Part shown: piece by piece, positions 49,976-64,000 of the stretch | Layout: each line of letters starts with the position of its first letter | How positions within the stretch are numbered: the stretch's first letter is position 1 | NCBI GenBank assembly: GCA_002269645.1 | Contig: NIVC01000097.1 | Coordinates: forward strand, 1-64,000 | Length of the DNA: 64,000 bases | Origin: Macrostomum lignano | Taxonomy: Eukaryota | Direction: 5' to 3' | Notes under the pieces: model-generated | Told to the model about the DNA's origin: nothing | Database searches by the model: none | Seen by the model: only the letters and a program-made list of their open reading frames with translations | Position numbers and translations under genes: made by a program

Positions 49976-51929
49976 GTGAGCTGGGGCTTTATCTGAACTT
50001 TGTTTAGCTCGTACGCACGGTTCCACGGGATTTCTGGCTGAATTAGACAAGCCATGAAGAGCGCAGCCGCTCTTGAAATTATTTTCTGTCTGCTTGGCAA
50101 GGGCTGCTGCAGATAGAAGGCTGAAAAACATTCCACTTTGCATGCAGGCGGGCCTTACTTCGCGATCAAGCGAGTGTGCACAGGCAGTTTGTGCTTGAAA
50201 TCGTCAGTAATCCACTTCTTACGCTTGACGAAACAGAATACTCCCCCCTCTGCCGTTCCGTATAGGAACCAGCATAATTCGTGGGATAAAACCTATGGGA
50301 TGAGGTCGGAGGAAGAGAGGCTAACGCTAACGCAAAACGAATGAAATCCTCTCTTTGAAGATTGAAAGTGAGAAAAAAACAATGAAAAAGCGGGGGGATT
50401 ATTATGTTTTCAATCAAGCCTGACAAGCGGAAGGCAATGAAAAATAGGGAATGAAATCCCTATTTATTTTCTGAGCAACGGAACTGAAGCTTAAATAATC
50501 GGGCTACTAGCTTAGTCATTTTCGTAATTGGTCGCGCTGAAGAATGGGCGAATGATCAATGGCACAGAATTGAATAATGGGTGTCGAGTAAATAGAGCTG
50601 GGAGTCAGTAGCGGTGCCCCGGTGTGACCCAATCCGCGGCTGAAATTCCCAACAACGGGCCAGTAGAAGCCTAGCAAGTATAAATTGCCGCTTTTCTATC
50701 AACTCTACCCAGTCACCCTATCCGCCTTGGCATCTTCTTAGTCCAGTTTTTTCCTCTGGGAGTAATCGCTTCCGACTGGAAACTCAAAGAATGAAGAGAG
50801 AGAGAAGTGACTAGACGGAAAGAAGTCGAGAAGTCCCAGAAACTCATTGGCTAACAACTTTTCATCCTGAGGGAAAGTTTCTTAGAAGCTTCCAGGCAAT
50901 TTGAATTTCCATGCATATCGTTAAGTGCCGTGGGTTCTGCGACACTTTTAGCTGTGCCTTGGCAGCTTCTGGAAGCCATATATGAATGACGCCGATTTGA
51001 TAGAGTCGAACTGGTTCACTCCTTACTCAAATGCACCCACTCATTTTTCTGGCGCGTGTATTTCCATGCTTCTACGAGTAGTTGAGAAGAATTCCCACAA
51101 GTTGAGTTCAAAATTACTCTTTAGGAGAGAGCGAGAGAGGAGGAGCTAGAGTCTTGCGGTCTCACGGTAAGAAGTTGAAAATTATTGACTGCAGAAGCAT
51201 GTAGCTGTTCCACGGGAATAATTCTTTAGACTCTGTTAGTGCGCTCGTGGCATCAATCAGATCGAAGTTCGGATGGCTAGGGAGGAACTTTTCTATCAAT
51301 TTTTAACCTCCCCCGGTCGTACCCATTGCAGTCACTGCATCAATGCCTGTATGATATTAATACGACAGGCTGGCATTGCAACGCACTGGCGAGCTGCGGT
51401 CGGCTGCTAAGCCAGCTCTTTCTCTCCATTTCAAAGAGAAAATTGGCCACAGAAAATTTTGCAGCGCCCCATTCCTTGCTGCTTTTAATGCATTACCTAT
51501 ACCTACCTTCCAGCAGCAGCCATTTTTTGCATTGCTTTTTTGGAGAGGGTTTCCCACTTGAGAGCGAAGCCATAGGGGGGGGGGGTTGGCTGGCAGAGCT
51601 GAGAGCCGCGCCCAAGAGGCTTCTATTAAGGTCTAGCGCGCACAAATAAAGCTCCACTTTTTACTATTCTCTTTTTGAGAATCGAGCCAAGTGAAGGCAC
51701 TTCTTCTCGAAGGAGAAAGAGAAAGAGAAGCTTGACGAGGAGGACAATAAATGCAACCTTTGAGGCCACCCAGGTTTCCTAATTCGATTTGAATTTTCTT
51801 CTAAGTAGTATCATTTATTGGAGAGCAGATCCCAGATGCACTTGACTGGCGTTTGCTGGGGCTTCATTCTCAATAATAATTGATGCTCAGTCAAGCTGCA
51901 CTTGGTGTAGTTGGATTTTGGTACATACC

Positions 51930-52624
<695 letters not shown>

Positions 52625-54812
52625 CCCTTCTCTTTCTCACAACAGCTCGTGAGTAGCAGCTACGAAGCCGTTGTAACCTAATCAGAAATTGGCAAGTTCG
52701 ACGCATTGTTTTCGAGTGTAAGAACAATTCTGCTAACGCAGTGAATTATTAAAATGACATTGTTTGTTTATGCAATGAGTTTTGCTGGGTGAGATTAACG
52801 GTGCCCTTGTTGATGGCAGGAAGTTGCACAAACACAGAAAACTGGGCAACTTTTAACTCGACGAATTTCTTACTGACTTACGTAATAGAAACTGGCATAA
52901 CTTCGACTGTTTAATAATTTAGTTATAAAGACAGTCGCCCGGCTCTTTGAGTTCATGCGAATGTCCACGAGTAGAAAATGCCATTAATTCATGCCCCCAA
53001 GCTCCTCATGCGAATGCAGAAGCGCGTCCACCAAGTCGCAAACGAATTTTTCCCATTATTGTAGTAAGCGAATTTCCTGTTCCTTCAGCCACCAGACCCC
53101 CAGAAATGAGTCAAAAAAGCAAGCGAAGTCCTCGAGCCCTGCAAGGATGGAGCTGGGCGGATTCCATTGGTATTCCACTCTGCTTGATGTAGACCGCACA
53201 GTTATTATGCATGCAGGCAGTGGAAAATGTTCAGCTAACGAAGTTCATCTATGCAGAGCCTGATGCATTTCTGTGGGCCTATTTCTCTATGCTAAGCTTA
53301 TTCTCAGACTCGAGCTGAGAGCTCAGCTCTCTCTGACCAGTCCGACCTTGATCTCCGAGGCCCGCAGTCCCTGCAGATACGCCTTGCGTGGGATTCGTCT
53401 GCAGGGCGAGAGGAAGAGAAGAGAAAGAGGGAGTTTAATCCCCCAGCTACATCCTGGATCTTCCCTCTGTCCTCTTCGATTCTTAGAATCCCGAAGGGAC
53501 GCGGATGAGAAATAAATCAGTTGTTGGGGACAGGTGTTGTCCCCGTAGCAACAGTCTCTCCCTGCGCAATTTTCTGTCTTTTTTCAGTTTCACACCTGCA
53601 AGTCGGAGACTTCGAATCACACAGAGCAGGTTGGGACGCTTCGAGGGATGGGCGAAGATGGTCGGTGACTCATCCCGCACAGCCTACCCCGTCTATCTTG
53701 GGAAAGATGAGAATTTATTCAAGAAATCCTTCCCCATCCTCCAGTCCCCGGCTCCTACACTGTATAATTTTTGGGAGAGAGCGAGAAAATATTCGAACAA
53801 AAACCGTGTCGGCCTGGAATTCGCTGAGAGGTAGACAGAAAGAGAGAGGAATGCAGGCGGGAAGCCCGCTGCAGAATCAGGAAGCAGAAAAAGAAACCTG
53901 AGAAGGTGAGAAAATATTCCCCAAGCCCGTTAGCACAGACGACAGACAGCCGGGCTGATTTAGGGGAATTAGCTTGCATTCCTAGCGTAACTCCGACGCG
54001 ATTTTGATCTGCTAATCTTCAAACTTCTCATTAGAGACTACTATGGTATATAGAATGAGCAAGACGTTGTAAAGCTGCATGGCTATTTTACGAGGGTTGG
54101 CTCGTAATTAAGCTACACGTTCGGCCATCAATTATGCCGAATGCAGAGCTTTAAAGCTTCCATGGGTCTCGAGCGCCCTCGCCCCAGGCCCGCAGCAATC
54201 TATCTAATAGCGGTGCAGTTTTTCTGTTCGTTTATGCGGGCCTCCAGTTTTCGTGTCAGCTGGTCGCGTCACGTTTTTTCACTTCTTTTTGCCCTCTTCT
54301 TCTTCCAATTGGAAACCGACAGCGGAGCTTCCTGTTGCTTGCACACCGAGGCTGGCCTCAGTATTCCTCTCGCTCCCCTACAGTTTCAACTTTCCCTCGA
54401 TCCTCGATATTCGTCCTCCACGAGTGCCACCGCCGAGCCAGGTGCTGCGCCAGACTCGAATATAGGAATATTTTCCCACTAAGTTTCGAGTCTCGAACGT
54501 CGAACTTAAAGCGCACAAACATGCCATTATCGGATTTGTTGTCCTGCCCGAGGCACCACAGACACACAAACTGAACTGGATTTCTTTCTTCTGCTTTCGC
54601 TGTTTGGCAACAAGTCAATTACAGGAGTCACTCAACCGGGGCATCTGTTGTAGCCGGCCGACTTGCAGCTGCGCTTCCCCCTTAGACTCGCGATTCTTTC
54701 GATTGCGACTGGCTCTCGACTAGGGAGCCCTGAGAGCGAAATTCGGAGTCGGAGGCTCGACTGGCTTGACTGAGCAATGGGCGAATTGGGGATCTTGGCA
54801 GAACTGACAGCG

Positions 54813-56812
<2,000 letters not shown>

Positions 56813-57677
56813 TGCTGTCTATTATTAAAACCATTGAATACCACGATTCCTAATGTAAGAGTGTCTATTTAATTAGCAGCAGTTGAGTCAGACTTACTGA
56901 CACCTGGCAGCGGCTGAGTACGCTAGCTACCAGTAAAGAAACGCGATGCATTATGCATTAATAATGCGTGGCTCCAATTCCGCAACGCTCAGTTTCGCAT
57001 TAATAAGGCTGTTTTTTATGCAGACACTTTAACTGAAACTATCCTACACCAGCCATACCAGTTCAACAGCAGCTGCGGAATTGGCCCGGCGCAGTGAGCC
57101 GTGTTCTAACATAATTAGCCAGCCAGCCAGCCAGGTGCCGCGCTTACTCACTGAGCAGATCGCGGCTCCCCACCGCACTCAATTGGATTTAGAGAGGAAA
57201 AAAGAACAGGAGGTTGGGGGAGCCTTCCTAGCAGCCTCAGCATGGATGAGATGTGGAGATGCTATAAAAAATAGAGATCCCTTCTGTAGGTTGGGATTTG
57301 CCATTTCCAAGCGGCAGGAGTTTTTTCGTCCAGTCTTCCTCAGCTTTTTATTCCCTCTCCCCCTAAGCGAAGGGAGGGAAGGAGGTCGCAGCGATCGCAG
57401 CTGACTGATCCCCGTGTACCGGATTCACTGGCGAATTTTGCCCGAGTCGGAGATCTTGTTACAGTCAGTAATTTGCCTTTCGCCTGCCTCCTTTAACCAA
57501 ATTTAACAGATTAAAGAGTAGCAGTAAAAGGCCAATAATGAAATTTACGTAAAACATAAAAAAATCAATTAGCGTTAATTGGAGCTCTGCTCTGAAATAG
57601 TAGAACTGCGTGTGATGTGCCATGTCTGCATCTCCGTCTCTCTCTTACCAACATCTTGAACTCTCGTCACATCAATC

Positions 57678-60000
57678 TGTGTCTACCTGTCTGTAACACC
57701 TCGATATGTGTCTACCTGTTTGTAACACCTCGATATGTGTCTACCTGTCTGTAACACCTCGATATGTGTCTACCTGTCTGTAACAACTCGATATGTGTCT
57801 ACCTGTCTGTAACACCTCGATATGTGTCTACCTGTTTGTAACACCTCGATATGTGTCTACCTGTCTGTAACACCTCGATATGTGTCTACCTGTCTGTAAC
57901 ACCTCGATGTGTGTCTACCTGTCTGTAACACCTCGATATGTGTCTACCTGTTTGTAACACCTCGATATGTGTCTACCTGTCTGTAACAACTCGATATGTG
58001 TCTACCTGTTTGTAACACCTCGATATGTGTCTACCTGTCTGTAACACCTCGATATGTGTCTACCTGTCTGTAACAACTCGATATGTGTCTACATGTCTGT
58101 AACACCTCGATATGTGTCTACCTGTCTGTAACACCTCGATATGTGTCTACCTGTCTGTAACAACTCGATATGTGTCTACCTGTCTGTAACACCTCGATAT
58201 GTGTCTACCTGTTTGTAACACCTCGATATGTGTCTACCTGTCTGTAACAACTCGATATGTGTCTACCTGTCTGTAACAACTCGATGTGCGTCTACCTGTC
58301 TGCAACAACTCGATATGTGTCTACCTGTTTGTAACACCTCGATATGTGTCTACCTGTCTGTAACACCTCGATATGTGTCTACCTGTTTGTAACACCTCGA
58401 TATGTGTCTACCTGTTTGTAACACCTCGATATGTGTCTACCTGTCTGTAACACCTCGATATGTGTCTACCTGTTTGTAACACCTCGATATGTGTCTACCT
58501 GTTTGTAACACCTCGATATGTGTCTACCTGTCTGTACATGTAACACCTCGATATGTGTCTACCTGTCTGTAACACCTCGATATGTGTCTACCTGTCTGTA
58601 ACAACTCGATATGTGTCTACCTGTCTGTAACACCTCGATATGTGTCTACCTGTCTGTAACAACTCGATATGTGTCTACCTGTCTGTAACACCTCGATATG
58701 TGTCTACCTGTCTGTAACAACTCGATATGTGTCTACCTGTCTGTAACACCTCGATATGTGTCTACCTGTTTGTAACACCTCGATATGTGTCTACCTGTCT
58801 GTAACACCTCGATATGTGTCTACCTGTCTGTAACACATCGATATGTGTCTACCTGTCTGTAACACCTCGATATGTGTCTACCTGTCTGTAACACCTCGAT
58901 ATGTGTCTACCTGTCTGTAACACCTCGATGTGTGTCTACCTGTCTGTAACACCTCGATATGTGTCTACCTGTTTGTAACACCTCGATATGTGTCTACCTG
59001 TCTGTAACACCTCGATATGTGTCTACCTGTTTGTAACACCTCGATATGTGTCTACATGTCTGTAACACCTCGATATGTGTCTACCTGTTTGTAACACCTC
59101 GATATGTGTCTACCTGTCTGTAACAACTCGATATGTGTCTACATGTCTGTAACACCTCGATATGTGTCTACCTGTCTGTAACACCTCGATATGTGTCTAC
59201 CTGTCTGTAACAACTCGATATGTGTCTACCTGTCTGTAACACCTCGATATGTGTCTACCTGTTTGTAACACCTCGATATGTGTCTACCTGTCTGTAACAA
59301 CTCGATATGTGTCTACCTGTCTGTAACACCTCGATGTGTGTCTACCTGTCTGTAACAACTCGATATGTGTCTACCTGTCTGTAACACCTCGATGTGTGTC
59401 TACCTGTCTGTAACAACTCGATATGTGTCTACCTGTCTGTAACACCTCGATATGTGTCTACCTGTTTGTAACACCTCGATATGTGTCTACCTGTTTGTAA
59501 CACCTCGATATGTGTCTACCTGTCTGTAACAACTCGATATGTGTCTACCTGTCTGTAACACCTCGATATGTGTCTACCTGTTTGTAACACCTCGATATGT
59601 GTCTACCTGTCTGTAACACCTCGATATGTGTCTACCTGTCTGTAACACCTCGATATGTGTCTACCTGTCTGTAACACCTCGATATGTGTCTACATGTCTG
59701 TAACACCTCGATATGTGTCTACCTGTCTGTAACACCTCGATATGTGTCTACCTTTCTGTAACACCTCGATATGTGTCTACCTGTTTGTAACACCTCGATA
59801 TGTGTCTACCTGTTTGTAACACCTCGATATGTGTCTACCTGTCTGTAACAACTCGATGTGTGTCTACCTGTCTGTAACAACTCGATGTGTGTCTACCTGT
59901 CTGTAACAGCTCGATGTGTGTCTACCTGTCTGTAACAACTCGATGTGTGCCTACCTGTCTGTAACAACTCGATGTGTGTCTACCTATCTGTAACAACTCA
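57678..60000. repeat. 29-bp satellite TGTGTCTACCTGTCTGTAACACCTCGATA
   Basis: About 80 tandem units. Confidence 0.97.
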
Positions 60001-60722
60001 ATCTGTGTCTACCTCTCTGTCTTTATCACCTCAGTCTGTGTCTACCCTCTGTCCTTAACACCTCTATCTGTGTCTACCTCTCTGTCTATTAACACCTCTA
60101 TCTGTGTCTACCTCTCTGTCCTTAACACTTCTATCTGTGTCTACCTCTCTGTCTTTAACACCTCTATCTGTGTCTACCTCTCTGTCCTTAACACTTCTAT
60201 CTGTGTCTACCTCTCTGTCTTTAACACCTCTATCTGTGTCTACCTCTCTGTCCTTAACACTTCTATCTGTGTCTACCTCTCTGTCTTTAACACTTCTATC
60301 TGTGTCTACCTCTCTGTCCTTAACACTTCTATCTGTGTCTACCCCTCTGTCCTTAACACCTCTATCTGTGTCTACCCCTCTGTCCTTAACACCTCTATCT
60401 GTGTCTACCCCTCTGTCCCCCCTCTGTCCTTAACACCTCTATCTGTGTCTACCCCTCTGTCCTTAACACCTCTATCTGTGTCTACCCCTCTGTCCTTAAC
60501 ACCTCTATCTGTGTCTACCCCTCTGTCCTTAACACCTCTGTCTGTGTCTACCCCTCTGTCCTTAACACCTCTATCTGTGTCTACCCCTCTGTCCTTAACA
60601 CCTCTATCTGTGTCTACCCCTCTGTCCTTAACACCTCTATCTGTGTCTACCCCTCTGTCCTTAACACCTCTATCTGTGTCTACCCCTCTGTCCTTAACAC
60701 CTCTATCTGTGTCTACCCCGTT
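60001..60722. repeat. 33-bp satellite CTGTGTCTACCCCTCTGTCCTTAACACCTCTAT
   Basis: About 21 units, contiguous with and related to the 29-mer. Confidence 0.95.
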
Positions 60723-61302
60723 GTCTATTAAGGATGGAAGATTCAAGTTGCCAATTCGGAGAGTATAAATTATCTTATCGGATGAATAACTGGTTACTTC
60801 CATAGTTTACATTGCTAGCTCGTCTTTTTTAGGTAAAACTAACACAAAATATCCCATTACGCTTAGCATTTCCCCCACGGTTCACATGCGGAACAAATTT
60901 TGTGTGGTTGAAAACAGGAAAATTGACCTATGGGGATCGGGGAAAATCTGAAACTGACCCTGTTGTACAGACATGCATGCAGCCTTTGGGGGATTCAAGA
61001 TTGACAACAGCAGCGCAAGGCAGTGCTGGGTAATGGCGCTGTCAATGGGATCTCGTGACGGGCCTCAGCATGCGACATGCTGACGCGATTGGCGGGTCAG
61101 AGATCCCCCCGTGATCCAGTAGTCTTCAGGTCCGCTGTGGAATTTGGGGATTTTTGCGGAGCGTAGCCAGCGATCACGCGCGTGGGATTATAATCTAAGG
61201 CTTTGGGCATTGTGGCATTAAGCAAATGGTTTGGTTGCACTTTTAGAGCAGGAAACTTGTTTAAAGCCGATCTTGGCTTTGAACTTAAATTGGCTTCTTA
61301 TA

Positions 61303-62110
61303 CCCTTGGCGCCTCTGGTGCCCTTGGCGCCTCTGGTGCCCTTGGCGCCTCTGGTGCCCTTGGCGCCTCTGGTGCCCTTGGCGCCTCTGGTGCCCTTGGC
61401 GCCTCTGGTGCCCTTGGCGCCTCTGGTGCCCTTGGCGCCTCTGGTGCCCTTGGCGCCTCTGGTGCCCTTGGCGCCTCTGGTGCCCTTGGCGCCTCTGGTG
61501 CCCTTGGCGCCTCTGGTGCCCTTGGCGCCTCTGGTGCCCTTGGCGCCTCTGGTGCCCTTGGCGCCTCTGGTGCCCTTGGCGCCTCTGGTGCCCTTGGCGC
61601 CTCTGGTGCCCTTGGCGCCTCTGGTGCCCTTGGCGCCTCTGGTGCCCTTGGCGCCTCTGGTGCCCTTGGCGCCTCTGGTGCCCTTGGCGCCTCTGGTGCC
61701 CTTGGCGCCTCTGGTGCCCTTGGCGCCTCTGGTGCCCTTGGCGCCTCTGGTGCCCTTGGCGCCTCTGGTGCCCTTGGCGCCTCTGGTGCCCTTGGCGCCT
61801 CTGGTGCCCTTGGCGCCTCTGGTGCCCTTGGCGCCTCTGGTGCCCTTGGCGCCTCTGGTGCCCTTGGCGCCTCTGGTGCCCTTGGCGCCTCTGGTGCCCT
61901 TGGCGCCTCTGGTGCCCTTGGCGCCTCTGGTGCCCTTGGCGCCTCTGGTGCCCTTGGCGCCTCTGGTGCCCTTGGCGCCTCTGGTGCCCTTGGCGCCTCT
62001 GGTGCCCTTGGCGCCTCTGGTGCCCTTGGCGCCTCTGGTGCCCTTGGCGCCTCTGGTGCCCTTGCGCCTCTGGTGCCCTTGGCGCCTCTGGTGCCCTTGG
62101 CGCCTCTGGC
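61303..62110. repeat. 18-bp GC-rich minisatellite CCCTTGGCGCCTCTGGTG
   Basis: About 45 almost identical units ending ~140 nt before the exon-2 acceptor. Confidence 0.97.
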
Positions 62111-62253
62111 GCTCTTTAAACGGATAGACAGACAGTCCCTGGCGCCCTTGGCCCTCGGCGCCTCTCTCAATATTAGTTTTTTCGATTAAAATTTACTTAC
62201 GTGTGAAAAAATCAAAATTAACTCAGACTTATCTGCCCCCTCCTTTTGATCAG

Positions 62254-63569
62254 GTCGCATTGAGACCTCTTCGTTTGTGGCCACAAATGCGCTGGACTAT
62301 GAGAAGCGCCGTCAATATCAGCTGGTAGTTCAGGCCTCCACAGGGGATCAGGCAGCCCTGACCCGCGTTGACATCCAGATACTGAACGCAGACGACAGCC
62401 AGCCCTACTGCGTGCAGCCGGTCTATTCTGCCGTCCTATCTGAGAAATCTCCAGCTGGCACCCCCGTCGTCCAGGTGACCGCAGTTGACCTCGACAGCGC
62501 CGTAAAGTATCGCCTGCTGCCCAGCGACACATTTGAAGTTGACGAAGACACCGGCTTGGTGTCGGTGAAAACTCCGCCAGATTTCACGCTGCAGTCGAGC
62601 CATTCGTTGACCCTGGTGGCAGCTTCGGTTGATGACCCGCTGACCACCGCAAAGTGCTCCGTTCTAGTTCGCATCATCAATCGAAACAACCAGAAACCGC
62701 TGCTGCAGGACATCGTTGATCCCGTCGTGGTGAACGCGGAGACGGCAAGGCCCGGTCAGAAACTGCTGCAGGTTCGAGCCACTGACCTTGACGGATATCC
62801 GCCATTGACCTACACTCTGAGCCCGCCGAGTGATACTTTTGCTATGGGCCTCTTCTCTGGAGAGTTCTGGCTCACTGCCAAGCCTCAGCTGAGTGTCTAC
62901 AACTTCACGGTGTCTAGCAGCGACTCTGAGCACACAGTTTCTAAACATCTGACTGTACGCGTTGATTCCGCTACTGGTGGAGTTCGTTTCGGCCGGCGAT
63001 TGTACGTCTTCACCCTGGCCAAGGGGGCGCCGACGTCGCAGCTGGTCGGGAAGCTGGATCTCTCGCCGGCATCAACGGCTCCCGACGCGATAGTGTCAAT
63101 TCTGTCAGATCCGGATCGACCGGCGCTGCCGTTCCGTCTGATCGGCTTTGATCTCTACCCTAGCCAGCCAATCAGCGCGCCAGGAGATCACGTGTTCGCT
63201 GTGAAGGCCACTTCCGCAGCAGCCGGAGGCGGTGAAGATTACGCAACTGTGCGCGTCACAGTTCAGGCGGCCAACCGGTTTCCACCGGTTTTTGCCGTCT
63301 CGACGTCTTTGCCAACAATCCCTCTGCTGGTGTCCGAGGCGACGAAGCCTGGGCGTACAGTCGGTAGAGTGGCTTGCAGCGACGCCGATTCTGATCAGTT
63401 CGTGTCGGTTGCTGTTGTTGAGACGTCCTCACCTGTGCAGGCAGTTCGGCATACAGGCCGGTTGGTTCTGACTCGACAGCTCGATAGAGAAGCTCAGGCC
63501 GAGCACTCGGTCAGTTTGGTGTGCTGGGACAGTGGAGAGCCGCGGCTTACTGCCAGCGTCACGGTCAGG
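62254..63569 (+). CDS. Giant protocadherin, second coding exon (~4 more cadherin repeats)
   Basis: Acceptor CCTTTTGATCAG|GT is in phase with 49975, giving FAIDSTTG-RIETSSFVATNALDYE; motifs AVDLD, ATDLD, LDRE; donor AGG|GTGAGA, phase 0. The gene continues beyond the window. Confidence 0.9.
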
Positions 63570-63771
63570 GTGAGAATTCTATACATTTTTGCTGCTTGAG
63601 AATGGCATGACCTAGCTCGTAAATTAGGCGTAGTCGGGGTTTTTAGTACTGCGGTGGATTTAGTTATAATTAAAAATACGCCAAAGGCGTCACTAATGTC
63701 ATCCACTGACGGTTTCAAAGAGTTTTGGAGAAGCTAGAAGAATCTATATGTGCTAGCTCGTAGAGGATTTC

Positions 63772-64000
63772 AAGAACGCAGATAAATTCCAGAGACGATA
63801 GAAGGTCCCAGAGACACTAAAGAAGGTCCCATAGACACTATAAAAGGTCCCATAAACACTATAGAAGGTCCTATAAACACTATAGAAGGTCCTATAAACA
63901 CTATAGAAGGTCCCATAGACACTATAAAAGGTCCAATAAACACTATAGAAGGTCCTATAAACACTATAGAAGGTCCTATAAACACTATAGAAGGTCCCAT
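63772..64000. repeat. 21-bp minisatellite ACTATAGAAGGTCC(C/T)ATA(G/A)AC
   Basis: About 10 units, running off the window end. Confidence 0.9.

Noticed and set aside
57678-60000. CRISPR-like 29-bp repeat array
   Set aside because: Units are directly adjacent with no unique spacers, there are no cas genes, and the context is eukaryotic.
61203-62189. Collagen-like Gly-X-Y gene
   Set aside because: It is a perfect DNA-level 18-mer with no synonymous variation, lacks a signal peptide or splice sites, and lies inside a phase-consistent cadherin intron.

Overview
This is animal (invertebrate) genomic DNA, not prokaryotic. It has GT-AG introns, a Fat/Dachsous-type cadherin, a TTAGGG-type tract and very long tetranucleotide microsatellites. 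That texture resembles a free-living flatworm such as Macrostomum, but this is inference only. (1) The left 40 kb holds a cluster of an unannotated secreted two-VWA-domain, Cys-rich gene family in alternating orientation: a frameshifted exon-1 copy C (-, 1787-2352), gene A (+, 7 exons, 19109-24940, ~663 aa if a repeat-borne donor is used), gene B (-, 7 exons, 37598-31331, two 1-nt deletions) and a relic D (+, ~38205-38890). A and B are nearly identical in exon 1, intron 6 and exon 7 but only ~40% identical in the second VWA domain. Intron 3 is almost pure (TCAG)n, and in A the exon-3 donor is deleted so the exon runs straight into the microsatellite. (2) The right 20 kb holds the first two coding exons of a giant Dachsous/Fat-like protocadherin (44554-49975, 62254-63569), split by a 12.3 kb intron that is about half satellite DNA. 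(3) In between lie a 3'-truncated Ty3/Gypsy element, hAT- and Harbinger-like MITEs, foldback elements, minisatellites and several TATA/CCAAT promoter-like cassettes of unknown, possibly solo-LTR, origin. No rRNA, intact tRNA or CRISPR array was found. All alignments were done by eye.
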